From Escherichia coli (GTDB lineage Bacteria > Pseudomonadota > Gammaproteobacteria > Enterobacterales > Enterobacteriaceae): DNA of 64,000 bases. The notes under the pieces are model-generated. The model saw only the letters and a program-made list of their open reading frames with translations. It was not told where the DNA came from and searched no databases. The DNA is taken from NCBI RefSeq assembly GCF_024700885.2, contig NZ_CP117016.1; one strand, written 5' to 3'. This document shows, one piece after another, positions 36,538-45,755 of the stretch. Numbering within the stretch: position 1 is the stretch's first letter; each line of letters opens with the position of its first letter. The position numbers were made by a program, and so were the translations under genes.

Positions 36538-37176
36538 ATGAAAAAGTTAACAGTGGCGGCTTTGGCAGTAACAACTCTTCTCTCTGGCAGTGCCTTTGCG
36601 CATGAAGCAGGCGAATTTTTTATGCGTGCAGGTTCTGCAACCGTACGTCCAACAGAAGGTGCTGGTGGTACGTTAGGAAGTCTGGGTGGATTCAGCGTGA
36701 CCAATAACACTCAACTGGGCCTGACGTTTACTTATATGGCGACCGACAACATTGGTGTGGAATTACTGGCAGCGACGCCGTTCCGCCATAAAATCGGCAC
36801 CAGGGCGACCGGCGATATTGCAACCGTTCATCATCTGCCGCCAACACTGATGGCGCAGTGGTATTTTGGTGATGCCAGCAGCAAATTCCGTCCTTATGTT
36901 GGGGCAGGCATCAACTACACCACCTTCTTTGATAATGGATTTAACGATCATGGCAAAGAGGCGGGGCTTTCCGATCTCAGTCTGAAAGATTCCTGGGGAG
37001 CTGCCGGGCAGGTGGGGGTTGATTATCTGATTAACCGTGACTGGTTGGTTAACATGTCAGTGTGGTACATGGATATCGATACCACGGCTAAGTACAAATC
37101 TGGTGTTACTACCGTAAAAGACTCGGTACGACTGGATCCGTGGGTGTTTATGTTCTCCGCAGGATATCGTTTTTAA
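36538..37176 (+). CDS. ompW: outer membrane protein W
   Basis: 212-aa ORF with signal peptide MKKLTVAALAVTTLLSGSAFA and beta-barrel ending in F. Confidence 0.95.
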   Translation: MKKLTVAALAVTTLLSGSAFAHEAGEFFMRAGSATVRPTEGAGGTLGSLGGFSVTNNTQLGLTFTYMATDNIGVELLAATPFRHKIGTRATGDIATVHHLPPTLMAQWYFGDASSKFRPYVGAGINYTTFFDNGFNDHGKEAGLSDLSLKDSWGAAGQVGVDYLINRDWLVNMSVWYMDIDTTAKYKSGVTTVKDSVRLDPWVFMFSAGYRF

Positions 37177-37180
37177 TTTT

Positions 37181-37239
37181 CTCTGCAAAACCTCTGCAAA
37201 ACCCCTCTGCAAAACTGGTCATCAAATGACCAGTTTTTT
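37181..37239. other. putative attL region: 3 x CTCTGCAAAAC tandem repeat plus ompW terminator hairpin overlapping the int stop codon
   Basis: Repeats at 37181-37191, 37192-37202, 37205-37215; hairpin ctggtcat/atgaccag (37215-37233) followed by TTTTTT; int stop codon lies inside the hairpin. Confidence 0.5.
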
Positions 37240-38352
37240 CCATTCCTTACCGCGTGCATCGTTATAAATATCGGTCATTTTTTGATTCGAATGGCCTAGC
37301 AAAATTTTGGTATCAACCCCCTGCTCTCTGAACAATCGCTCTGATAAAGATCTCTGCTCATGGAAAGAGGGTGGGGTGCCATTAGCACGCCAGTTGTAAT
37401 CCACAGAATCCCGGGCTTTTTTAAATGCAACGGTTAATGTTGCTGGCTTAACCATCCCGCCGCGCTTAGCTGTCCCTTTCGCGTGATGGTGGTGCAATAG
37501 CCACGGACTAAGAACGCAATCGCGGCAGGATGACACTACATCATCCAGGGTGAGATTTAATTTATCGCAACGCAGAGCCAGAGGGATGGCAATCCGGGTT
37601 CCTGTTTTTTGCTGTTCGACATGAAGATAACCATCCCGGATATCCGAAAATTGCATTTTGCAAATATCTGAAAGGCGCTGGCCTGTCATCAGTGCCAGCA
37701 GCATACCGCGCTGTAAAAAGTAACCATCCTTTTCCGCTGCGTTATAAATCATCATCCACTCATCAAAAGTCAGTCGCTGTCTTGATATCCGCACCTGCGG
37801 TTTTTTTGCCGATTCTGCAGGGTTAAAGCCTGGCGGGACATCGCCCGTTTGCTGAGCTTCCCGGAAAACATCGATCAGTACTTTCCTGAAAATTTGTCCC
37901 ATTCTGTTATGTCCTCTGGCCTTGTACTCTTCCAGTACTGATACCACATCTTTTACGGTTATGGCATCTAACGGTCTGGTGCCAAAACGTTCATCAAATA
38001 CCCTGAGAGGGGCCGCTTTCTGTTTCAGCGTGTTGAGTTTGATCTCGCCGTTTTCATATCTTTCCTGTTGAATTTTTCTGTAATTATTCAGAAAAATGGT
38101 AACGGTTGATGAACCGCCGGTATCACTAATAATTTTCTCCTGCAGACTGAGCATTTGTTCCATTTGCTGCCGGGCAAGACGGCTGTTCGCTTCTGCTGCA
38201 ATAGTTTCTGCCAGTTTCTGGTCAATACTGCCGAGACCGTGATTTTTGCCTGTTATGGGATGCCTGTAACGCCAGTAAACTTTGTTATTTCTTTTGTCAA
38301 AATACGGAGATAATCCCGGAACATCGGTTTTATATTTTCGCGGGCGCGCCAT
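37222..38352 (-). CDS. int: tyrosine-type site-specific integrase
   Basis: 376-aa ORF; the C-terminal HxxR...Y catalytic region typical of phage integrases is inferred, not aligned. Confidence 0.9.
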   Translation of the reverse strand: MARPRKYKTDVPGLSPYFDKRNNKVYWRYRHPITGKNHGLGSIDQKLAETIAAEANSRLARQQMEQMLSLQEKIISDTGGSSTVTIFLNNYRKIQQERYENGEIKLNTLKQKAAPLRVFDERFGTRPLDAITVKDVVSVLEEYKARGHNRMGQIFRKVLIDVFREAQQTGDVPPGFNPAESAKKPQVRISRQRLTFDEWMMIYNAAEKDGYFLQRGMLLALMTGQRLSDICKMQFSDIRDGYLHVEQQKTGTRIAIPLALRCDKLNLTLDDVVSSCRDCVLSPWLLHHHHAKGTAKRGGMVKPATLTVAFKKARDSVDYNWRANGTPPSFHEQRSLSERLFREQGVDTKILLGHSNQKMTDIYNDARGKEWKKLVI

Positions 38353-38578
38353 CTTCCAGTATCCTCTTCAAAGCAGGGTGATCTGTGGCGATCACCTCCG
38401 GCTTGTTTACCATTCCGACAAAGCGAGCTTGCGGATCCACTCGCCAGCGTCTTCCAACTTTTTTGGGGAGAGGAAATATCATTCCGGCTTTAGCGTATTT
38501 ACTTAACGTACTCGGAGTAGGGACCGGTTCACTGAATTCCTCTTTTGCCCACTCAGTGAGCAGAATAAGTCTTGCCAT
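38330..38578 (-). CDS. xis: excisionase
   Basis: 82-aa ORF overlapping the int start; winged-helix Xis-like sequence (MIFPLPKKVGRRWRV). Confidence 0.8.
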   Translation of the reverse strand: MARLILLTEWAKEEFSEPVPTPSTLSKYAKAGMIFPLPKKVGRRWRVDPQARFVGMVNKPEVIATDHPALKRILEDGAPAKI

Positions 38579-38642
38579 GAGCGTCGTTCGCTAATCATGG
38601 TCGCCGCCACTATAGCTGGTGGGCAACGACCGGGGTTGAACA

Positions 38643-41087
38643 TTAAAAATCAGCCTGATTCGGGATCAGTTTTTGCCAGATAACTGAAACGTATTTTGCC
38701 TGGTAACGGGCGTCATCAAGTGCATTATGGCGCTCACCTTCGAATGGAATAGCCGTTCTGGCATCGAAGTCTATGGCTTTCCCCAGCTCAACGATTGTGC
38801 GTACATCTCGATCGTTGTAGTAACGCCACGGGCAGGGGATCCCCTGCCGTTCGTATGAACGGCGCAAAATCGTGTTGTCGAAGTTGGCTCCATTTCCCCA
38901 GACCTGAACAAAAAATTCACCGGAGTTTTCGTCGATAAATTCCCGCAATTGTAACAGTGCATCATCTAACGGGATTTCATCGGTCATAATGGCAGATTGC
39001 GCTTCGCGTGATTGCTTAAGCCACCATTTAATGGTGTCCCGATCAATGACCCCGCCAGCAGTTTCCAGATCGATAGTCTTACTAAATTCCGGTCCCATAT
39101 CTCCGGTTTGCGGATCGAAAAATATTGCACCTATTGAGATGATCGGGGCATCAGGATTTTTTCCCATGGTTTCAAGGTCGATCATTAGATGGTCACACGT
39201 CCTGCTGGTGGATGTGATAATGTAATGATCGTTCACCGTAATTAAGGGATCTGCCGTCTCGCCAGTTTCACTATCGCTGGCGTGATCCTGAGCGCTGCCA
39301 GCATTCTCCTTGTGTGGATGTTCAGCGCCTTCCATTTCCTTCGGATCATTTTCCTGAACTTCAACCTGATTCTCTTCATCGAATGTTTCCTGGTATGTTG
39401 CGTCGCCCATCACCGCGCCACAATCAGGGCAGTTACCGCCGCCGGTCTGACCGCAGGCGGTGCAGACTTTTTCCACTTCCTGTTGCGCCACTGGTTCAGG
39501 CTGTTTCGTTTCTGGCTCGTTTTGTTGCGTATTTGGGCTGTTTTGTTCCGCTTTCTGGTCGTTCTGTTCCGATTCTTGCTGGTTCTGGTTTACAGAATCG
39601 CGGGTTTCAATCCCCTTTACCCATTTCGGATCATTCGGGTCGCTAATCCCTGCAACAAATTCTCCGCGAGAGGCAGCCAGTAATTTGTCTGCATCGACAG
39701 GATTTTTGGGCGGAATGTTTTTCCGGGCTTCATAGAGTTCTGCCCGCAGTTTCTGATATTTCGCATCAACAGAATTTACCTGTGACTGAGCATCCAGCGG
39801 CTGCGTGTCCTGATGATGTTCAGTTGCATCCGGTTCCACTGTTTCAGCCGTTGCCTGTTCATCTGCCATTGCGCAAGATGGTTGCAGTTTTTCTTCATCA
39901 TCCTGTTTTTCTTCTTCTGTTACACGCTGCGGCATCGGGGCAGAGGAACGACCGCAGGCAATATCCACGATTTCTGGATCAGGGTTGGCATGATCAGTTT
40001 CAGTCAGTACTTTGTTAAGATATTCAGTGACGTGTGCGGGGATAACCTCGATCCCAATTGGTGCTTCTTTTACGGACGCAACCACGATGGCGCGGGAATA
40101 ATCCAGCCCGCCAGGCATGGTGATGAATTTGTCGCGGAAAACAGAAAAGGGCGGTTTATTTTCAGCGATAATTTCCTCGACACGTTTAGCGTGTGCCGGA
40201 TGAAGGTTATAAATGTCCACGTCCATTGAACGAGCCAGTACGCCAGTGGCTACGTCGCGCGCCAGTGACGTCAGATCGTGAACGAAACCTTCGCCGCGAT
40301 CGGTGAGGTTCCCGCCGCCAGCATTAGCGCCGGAAGCCGTGCGCGTGATGCGTGAAACACGATTTCCTTTCATCCACTCTTTTGTCAGCAGACCGCGATC
40401 GGTGTAGTCTGCGTCCAGGTATGCTTCGAAAAAAGCAGTCATCAGCCCCAGGCTTGAATTGCCTGGATTAGGGAAAACTCTGTCAGTATCACGCACCAGT
40501 TTGTGGAGATCGCGAATTTCCAGCGGGTCGAGCAGGCTGGTTTTGTGGGAAACAGCCAGGGCAGTAACAGCTGGTAGTTCTTCAGCTCGTGCAATGTGTA
40601 ATGCCTGTAGTTCGTTGCGTGAAACGTGCGTTACCGGTTTTTCGCTGCCGTGTTGAGCAAGCCAGCGAATGGGCAGCTCCTGACCGGAAATCGGGAGTAG
40701 CATATTCTCCTCAATCTCCGTCATGTCTTCGCCATTAACATTGGTATTGTCAGTGCTGGCTGGCTTGTCCTGCGCAGAGGATGAGGGCGCGATAAATACC
40801 ATTGTGATGCCATCTTCCCCGCCTTTTTCGTAACGGTTGCAGAATTCCGTATCAAATACGCCTTCTGGTGGAAGGTCATCAACAACGGGCAAATTGACGC
40901 GAACAGGTTTTTTAAAGTCATCTTCATCGTAGCCAGCATCGTCAATCGCAACAGCACCACGATAGATGGCAATGGATAATTTTTTCGCTTCAGCCCAGTA
41001 GAAACCGCCTTTAATACCGAGACGTTTTCTTACTTTGTCATTTTTTGCTTCGTAATACAGTGGGTAAACTTGTTTATCGGTGCTCAT
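38643..41087 (-). CDS. large phage exonuclease with C-terminal DEDD-type 3'-5' exonuclease domain
   Basis: 814-aa ORF; C-terminus has DnaQ-like motifs (MIDLETMG...WGNGANFD...HNALDDA); central CxxC...CxxC zinc ribbon; position after xis matches 'exonuclease VIII-like' genes of lambdoid prophages. Confidence 0.6.
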   Translation of the reverse strand: MSTDKQVYPLYYEAKNDKVRKRLGIKGGFYWAEAKKLSIAIYRGAVAIDDAGYDEDDFKKPVRVNLPVVDDLPPEGVFDTEFCNRYEKGGEDGITMVFIAPSSSAQDKPASTDNTNVNGEDMTEIEENMLLPISGQELPIRWLAQHGSEKPVTHVSRNELQALHIARAEELPAVTALAVSHKTSLLDPLEIRDLHKLVRDTDRVFPNPGNSSLGLMTAFFEAYLDADYTDRGLLTKEWMKGNRVSRITRTASGANAGGGNLTDRGEGFVHDLTSLARDVATGVLARSMDVDIYNLHPAHAKRVEEIIAENKPPFSVFRDKFITMPGGLDYSRAIVVASVKEAPIGIEVIPAHVTEYLNKVLTETDHANPDPEIVDIACGRSSAPMPQRVTEEEKQDDEEKLQPSCAMADEQATAETVEPDATEHHQDTQPLDAQSQVNSVDAKYQKLRAELYEARKNIPPKNPVDADKLLAASRGEFVAGISDPNDPKWVKGIETRDSVNQNQQESEQNDQKAEQNSPNTQQNEPETKQPEPVAQQEVEKVCTACGQTGGGNCPDCGAVMGDATYQETFDEENQVEVQENDPKEMEGAEHPHKENAGSAQDHASDSETGETADPLITVNDHYIITSTSRTCDHLMIDLETMGKNPDAPIISIGAIFFDPQTGDMGPEFSKTIDLETAGGVIDRDTIKWWLKQSREAQSAIMTDEIPLDDALLQLREFIDENSGEFFVQVWGNGANFDNTILRRSYERQGIPCPWRYYNDRDVRTIVELGKAIDFDARTAIPFEGERHNALDDARYQAKYVSVIWQKLIPNQADF

Positions 41088-41186
41088 TGCTTTTTAACCT
41101 CAACTCAGATTAAAATTAATGCGAGTGATGAATAAATGTCCCAGGTTCTTCACTCAGGCCTGCACAGTGTGCAGGCTTTCTTTTTT

Positions 41187-41462
41187 TCAGATTTCACCTT
41201 TTAATTTCATTGCAATCAGAGTTGCCAGAAATTCGGCTTTTTTTTCTGCGGGCAGATTCTTTCCTATGTGCACCAGACACATTTTTTTAACACCATCGTT
41301 AAGTGTTTTAACGTTGCCTGTTGAACTGTCGATATCAACCACAGTGAATGGGGTTTCTTTATTTTCTGTTTTAATCACGTAGCCAATACGTTTTCCCTCC
41401 AGGATAACTTCGAGCACAATGCCATCAGTAGTAACAATGGTGGCTTCATAACTGTTAATCAT
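41187..41462 (-). CDS. hypothetical phage protein
   Basis: ORF 41187..41510; Met at 41462 (MINSYEATIV...) has a strong AAGGAG Shine-Dalgarno. Confidence 0.55.
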   Translation of the reverse strand: MINSYEATIVTTDGIVLEVILEGKRIGYVIKTENKETPFTVVDIDSSTGNVKTLNDGVKKMCLVHIGKNLPAEKKAEFLATLIAMKLKGEI

Positions 41463-41536
41463 GTTTTTCTCCTTAATTAAGGTTGAGCGAATCTCTGCCA
41501 TTGCTGGCATAAATTCAGTTTTGAATAGTCAGTTAA

Positions 41537-41824
41537 TTAAAGTTCGTGTGCCATCTGGTATTTTTCGGCGCATTGCTTACAGCAGTATTTATGCTCCTTA
41601 CGTGCAATAAGGGAACCGTGCATATAAATAATTTCAGCGGTAAAGGCTTTTTCAGGTTCAATTTGTTTATTACAGAGCGTATATGCACAGGGAATTAAAT
41701 CCGGGTCACCCTTTTGCTGGAGGATTTTTCTGATTCTCCACAGCCATTTTTTAATTCCGGTGTGACTGATGGTCTGCCTGGAGGCAGGCGTAAAACAATA
41801 ATCAAGCATGGGGTTCATATCCAT
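41537..41824 (-). CDS. hypothetical protein with C-terminal CxxC...CxxC zinc-ribbon-like motif
   Basis: 95-aa ORF; cysteine pairs CAYTLC and CCKQC. Confidence 0.5.
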   Translation of the reverse strand: MDMNPMLDYCFTPASRQTISHTGIKKWLWRIRKILQQKGDPDLIPCAYTLCNKQIEPEKAFTAEIIYMHGSLIARKEHKYCCKQCAEKYQMAHEL

Positions 41825-41834
41825 AGCTCCATTT

Positions 41835-42389
41835 TTATTTTAAGGAAAGCAACTGCTCTACGGTCATATTTTTAATTGCGCTCCGGTTTACAAGAGTCCA
41901 GCCTTGTTGCTCCAGATAAAACAGGAAGGTATCCAGGGTGCAGACCATTGCGCCGTCAGGAACGGTTTCAGTGAATTTGATATTGCCGTGTTCGTCGAGA
42001 CGGATAACCAGGGTGCGTCCGTCCCCGTGAATCATTTTGTCGGGAGACGGGGCGTTATTCTGGCGCAGTTCAGCTTCCATGCGGTCGAACTCAGCAATGT
42101 ATGCCTCTTTAAATGCAGCGGCTTTTTTGCCAGTGAAGCCCATCACCAGGAAAACGAAGCCGTTTTTGGTGATTTGGTACATTGGGAGTTTGCGCCCGGT
42201 TGAGTCGGTGTATTCGCTCGACACAAAATTGTGCTCAGTGAATTTTGCTGAACAGTCCAGATTGCGAATTTTATCCAACACTCGTTCGTGGCGTTTGCCA
42301 AAGAACTCGGCGATCGCAACAGACGTAGTGACAGCGCGACCATTTTCGATGGTTACGTCAGGGTGAGAAAGGGTAAGGATAGTAGCCAT
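41835..42389 (-). CDS. Rha-family phage regulatory protein
   Basis: ORF 41835..42686; the segment from the Met at 42389 (MATILTLSHPDVTIENGRAVTTSVAIAEFFGKRHERVLDKIRNL...) resembles the Rha family; the N-terminal extension in the ORF track is probably not translated. Confidence 0.65.
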   Translation of the reverse strand: MATILTLSHPDVTIENGRAVTTSVAIAEFFGKRHERVLDKIRNLDCSAKFTEHNFVSSEYTDSTGRKLPMYQITKNGFVFLVMGFTGKKAAAFKEAYIAEFDRMEAELRQNNAPSPDKMIHGDGRTLVIRLDEHGNIKFTETVPDGAMVCTLDTFLFYLEQQGWTLVNRSAIKNMTVEQLLSLK

Positions 42390-43253
42390 GATGGCAGCCT
42401 CCGCGATGAATTTGATTAACTCACCACCGAGGTTTTCCACGACCATAAGGGTGGTGAGACGTACAGGGGTGGAAATACCGGTCATCACGGAACCCGGCCA
42501 GCCTTGCGGCTGCCCTGCACGCCCCACCATAATGCGAATGTGGCTGTGCTTAACGCATAAAAAAACCGCCTGAGCGCGGTTATGCGCCGTGAATGATTTC
42601 GGGTTTCCACGCCCGGCACCCGTTTTATGAGGTGCAGGTGCACTATAATTCCACCCGTTCTGGTTTTCAATAGCTACATTCAACATTTTCTCTACCTTTC
42701 ATCACCGAAGTGAACTTTGTTGATGCGGTGCCTGGTGCCTCCAGGTGATGTTAACCAGTTAACAATTAACGCCGGATACAGAGAATCCACCCATAACACT
42801 GTTTTTGGTTTTAACTGTTCCGCGTGCGCTGAGCCGCATTCACCGCATCACAAAATTCACTTTAAAAAGGGCGGCAGAGCAGTCACGGAGTAAAACTGAT
42901 ACCGCCAAAAGTCACCAGAAAATTGATAACAGAGGGCGTTGCAGCGGAGTTGTCACTTAAGCGTATGGTCAACCTGACAACCCGGTGTCCTCAACGGGGG
43001 AAGGAATAACCCCGCCATACTTACCGCCGCGCCATTTCGCGGAGTGCCACAACCGGAAGCGCACGGTCGAACTAAATTTAACGACACCGTACAGAGAGAC
43101 CAATTTCGCCGTGCGCTTTCGCGTTATGCCCTGACTTTTCAGGGACATATCCTTTCAGTAAACTGTCAGTGCCGGATGTTCACCCGTGTCCGGCGCACGC
43201 ACTCCACCTGACCCGTGGAGAACTCCTTAATTACCAACCCTCAGGAGGGTGAA

Positions 43254-43532
43254 ATGGATAAAAAGCAAATTGAGGCCCTGCAATCTATTATTGAAAAACA
43301 AGATGAAGCTATCAGGATTCTTTCATATCGCACTGATATGATACTAAATATGCTTTCTGCATTAACGGCTGCGCTTGGTGGTACAAAAACAAACGTATAC
43401 CGCGAAGTTGTTATTCAACAGATAGATAAATTTGAAAAAACCATACCAGGTATTAATGCTCATCTTGCAGAACAAGAGAAAGACCATGCTCTTATGGCAA
43501 TTTCTTCAGTAGCTCTCCCGAAAGTTGAGTAG
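43254..43532 (+). CDS. hypothetical protein, oriented against the early-left operon
   Basis: ORF 43215..43532; ATG at 43254 preceded by AGGAGG; 93 aa, predicted helical. Confidence 0.5.
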   Translation: MDKKQIEALQSIIEKQDEAIRILSYRTDMILNMLSALTAALGGTKTNVYREVVIQQIDKFEKTIPGINAHLAEQEKDHALMAISSVALPKVE

Positions 43533-43905
43533 TTTTAATTGTTGTTTTGAAATAATCACTGCTTTCACATTTGAGTGATTTCATGGCAATCCAAATGCGG
43601 GCCTCTGTGCCTGCATTTGGTTCCAGTTGCTGTAGACGTTTTGCGTCTTCCAAAAGTAAGGCGATAATGTGTTTCAGCTTCTCATCATTTGCTTGATTCT
43701 TGTTTTCAGGCGAATTCTGTCCGCCGAATAGGCGCTTCTCTTCATACAGACCTATAAAGGCACGACGCACGTTACCGGATATAGTATCGATGGTTTCCTT
43801 TTCTACAGTACTCAGGTCAAGAGTCGCCAGTTGAGAGCGAACCACATTCGATGCCATTTCCTGGAATGGTACTGGTAAATCTTTAAATTCCATCGTCAAC
43901 CTCAT
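43492..43905 (-). CDS. hypothetical early-left protein
   Basis: 137-aa ORF, start overlaps the stop of the upstream gene (ATGA coupling); 3' end overlaps the convergent 43254..43532 gene by ~40 bp. Confidence 0.5.
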   Translation of the reverse strand: MRLTMEFKDLPVPFQEMASNVVRSQLATLDLSTVEKETIDTISGNVRRAFIGLYEEKRLFGGQNSPENKNQANDEKLKHIIALLLEDAKRLQQLEPNAGTEARIWIAMKSLKCESSDYFKTTIKTTQLSGELLKKLP

Positions 43906-44138
43906 CAGTCAGTGTTTCTGGTTAACCAGCGACGTGCGCCAGCTTCAGTTTTAAACGTTTTGCTTCTGGTATATGTCATCGCGGTAAACGTGCCGTCCTG
44001 GTTGGGAAACACGCCGCATACCAGAGATTCGTTGTTGCCAAGCTCGATAGTATCCATGCTGACCTCATTTCCCCTTAACGCCGGGGTAGCGGAACAAAAA
44101 CCTGCTGCATAGTTATTAAAGTTGAACCCTGCCGTCAT
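43905..44138 (-). CDS. hypothetical early-left protein (first gene downstream of the putative PL)
   Basis: 77-aa ORF directly downstream of the operator-containing promoter region. Confidence 0.5.
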   Translation of the reverse strand: MTAGFNFNNYAAGFCSATPALRGNEVSMDTIELGNNESLVCGVFPNQDGTFTAMTYTRSKTFKTEAGARRWLTRNTD

Positions 44139-44239
44139 GTTCTTACGCCTCGGGCTGGCTACTTACCCCCTGACCACTGCTTGGTAACTCGAAGTATTGC
44201 CCGGCGTTCTGTGGGGCGGGGTGGGTTGGTATGTTGTTA

Positions 44240-44270
44240 AGGTAACAAGAGTTACCTTTCGAGTCAATAC
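44240..44270 (-). promoter_or_regulatory. putative PL/OL: -35 TTGACT with operator palindrome GGTAAC-N4-GTTACC
   Basis: On the minus strand TTGACT (44262-44267) followed by palindrome ggtaacaagagttacc (44241-44256); same half-site as the operators at the cI-cro junction. Confidence 0.45.
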
Positions 44271-44297
44271 AATGTTGCAAAAGGTACATTTGAGGGC

Positions 44298-44325
44298 ATA
44301 AAAAACCCGCAATGAATGCGGGTTC
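44298..44325 (-). terminator. terminator immediately downstream of the repressor gene
   Basis: On the minus strand, stem aacccgcattcattgcgggtt followed by TTTTTTAT. Confidence 0.65.
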
Positions 44326-44329
44326 TGAC

Positions 44330-45004
44330 TCAGTCTAAGTATTGATGTATTTGTGAAACTTTACCTTTAATGGTGTAACCACCATTCAGTTCGATGGGTT
44401 TGTAAAGCGGATTCAGTGACAACAGATAGATGTTTGGTCCGTCAATCGCAACTTTTTTTAGTGTTACGTTTGGCGTTCCTTCCAATTGGATTAAGATTAT
44501 TTTTCCCACCAGTTCTCTAATGTTACTTGAGCATGGTGTGATCAGCACGGTAGATCCGTCGGGGATGGTTGGGAGGCCGTTAGAGTTTGTCATCGCATCT
44601 CCCTCAACATGCAATAAAAAAGAGTTTTCAGCGGTTTTTGTCATGACATCAACCCAGTTCTTAATACCAGGAATCTTGGTTACTGGACAACTCATATCCC
44701 AATAACCAGCCTGTTCCCACGTTAAAACGGGCAACCGGGCGATGTTGTCACTAATGTAAGGGTACTGATTCAGACGCAGATCATCGGTTTTATCGTGACC
44801 GTCCTTTCCATAAAGAATCCATTCAGGAGATTTGGAAAGCAATTTTGACAGTAGATACAAATTCTCACCGTCAGGTTTTGAAGAGCCATTTTCCCATTTT
44901 GTTACGGATACACGAGATATGCCGATTGCTTTCGCAACCTGCTGTTGGGTTAATCCAACGTCTTTTCGACGATTCCGAATACGTTCGCTGATAGTGTTTT
45001 TCAT
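44330..45004 (-). CDS. cI: CI-like prophage repressor (HTH-XRE + S24 LexA-like peptidase domain)
   Basis: ORF 44330..45103; HTH (VGLTQQQVAKAIGISRVSVTKWENG) and C-terminal autocleavage domain; start placed at the Met at 45004 so operators stay intergenic (alternative Met at 45046). Confidence 0.75.
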   Translation of the reverse strand: MKNTISERIRNRRKDVGLTQQQVAKAIGISRVSVTKWENGSSKPDGENLYLLSKLLSKSPEWILYGKDGHDKTDDLRLNQYPYISDNIARLPVLTWEQAGYWDMSCPVTKIPGIKNWVDVMTKTAENSFLLHVEGDAMTNSNGLPTIPDGSTVLITPCSSNIRELVGKIILIQLEGTPNVTLKKVAIDGPNIYLLSLNPLYKPIELNGGYTIKGKVSQIHQYLD

Positions 45005-45068
45005 GTAACCAATGTTACTACCAAGTGATGTTGCTATGGTTGACATTGTTATGTAACTATTGTTACCC
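45005..45068. promoter_or_regulatory. putative OR/PR/PRM region with GTAAC-N4-GTTAC operators
   Basis: Palindromes gtaaccaatgttac (45005-45018) and gtaactattgttac (45053-45066); perfect -35 TTGACA at 45040-45045 facing the cro-like gene. Confidence 0.5.
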
Positions 45069-45095
45069 TTCTGCTCGAAATAACAGGAGAGTTTT

Positions 45096-45311
45096 ATGTT
45101 CAAAGATGATGTTCTGCGCTATTTCAAAAAAAAGCGACTAGTAGCTGAGGCTCTTGGAATTTCACATGTGGCTGTTGTGCGGTGGAAAGCAGTTATTCCC
45201 AAACTTCGCGCAATGGAACTGGATGAAATTACTAACGGTGAATTGAAATACAACCCAGAACTTTACAAGAAGCAGGATAGCACCTCGAACGAAGGAAAGA
45301 ATGATTCATGA
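45096..45311 (+). CDS. Cro-like HTH regulator
   Basis: 71-aa ORF with AGGAGA Shine-Dalgarno; HTH (KKRLVAEALGISHVAVVRWK); divergent from the repressor. Confidence 0.65.
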   Translation: MFKDDVLRYFKKKRLVAEALGISHVAVVRWKAVIPKLRAMELDEITNGELKYNPELYKKQDSTSNEGKNDS

Positions 45312-45733
45312 AAATCAAGCATGAACACATCCGCATGGCGATGAATGCCTGGGCGCATCCGGACGGCGAAAAAGTACCGGCTGCGAAAATTACCAAAGCG
45401 TATTTCGAGCTGGGAATGACGTTCCCGGAACTGTATGACGACAGCCATCCGGAAGCCCTGGCCCGTAATACCCAGAAAATTTTCCGTTGGCTGGATAAAG
45501 ACACCCCTGATGCTGTTGAAAAAATGCAGGCTCTGTTACCGGCGATCGAAAAGGCGATGCCGCCTTTGCTGGTGGCCCGTATGCGCAGCCACAGTTCTGA
45601 ATATTACCGTGAGATCGTCGAACGGAGGGATCGGCTGGTGAAGGATGTCGATGATTTTGTTGCGTCAGCGGTTGTTTTGTATGACCAGATGAATCGCGGC
45701 GGCCCGGCAGGGAATGCTGTGGTGATGCACTAA
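45308..45733 (+). CDS. hypothetical early protein at the cII position (possibly YdaT-like)
   Basis: 141-aa ORF translationally coupled to the cro-like gene; family assignment is from memory only. Confidence 0.4.
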   Translation: MKIKHEHIRMAMNAWAHPDGEKVPAAKITKAYFELGMTFPELYDDSHPEALARNTQKIFRWLDKDTPDAVEKMQALLPAIEKAMPPLLVARMRSHSSEYYREIVERRDRLVKDVDDFVASAVVLYDQMNRGGPAGNAVVMH

Positions 45734-45755
45734 AAGCACGGTGTTCGGGGGTTTT

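Noticed and set aside
42389-42686. N-terminal 99-aa extension of the Rha ORF in the six-frame track
   Set aside because: The extension spans a hairpin-rich non-coding-looking region and the Rha-homologous sequence begins at the internal Met at 42389; the longer ORF is unlikely to be translated.
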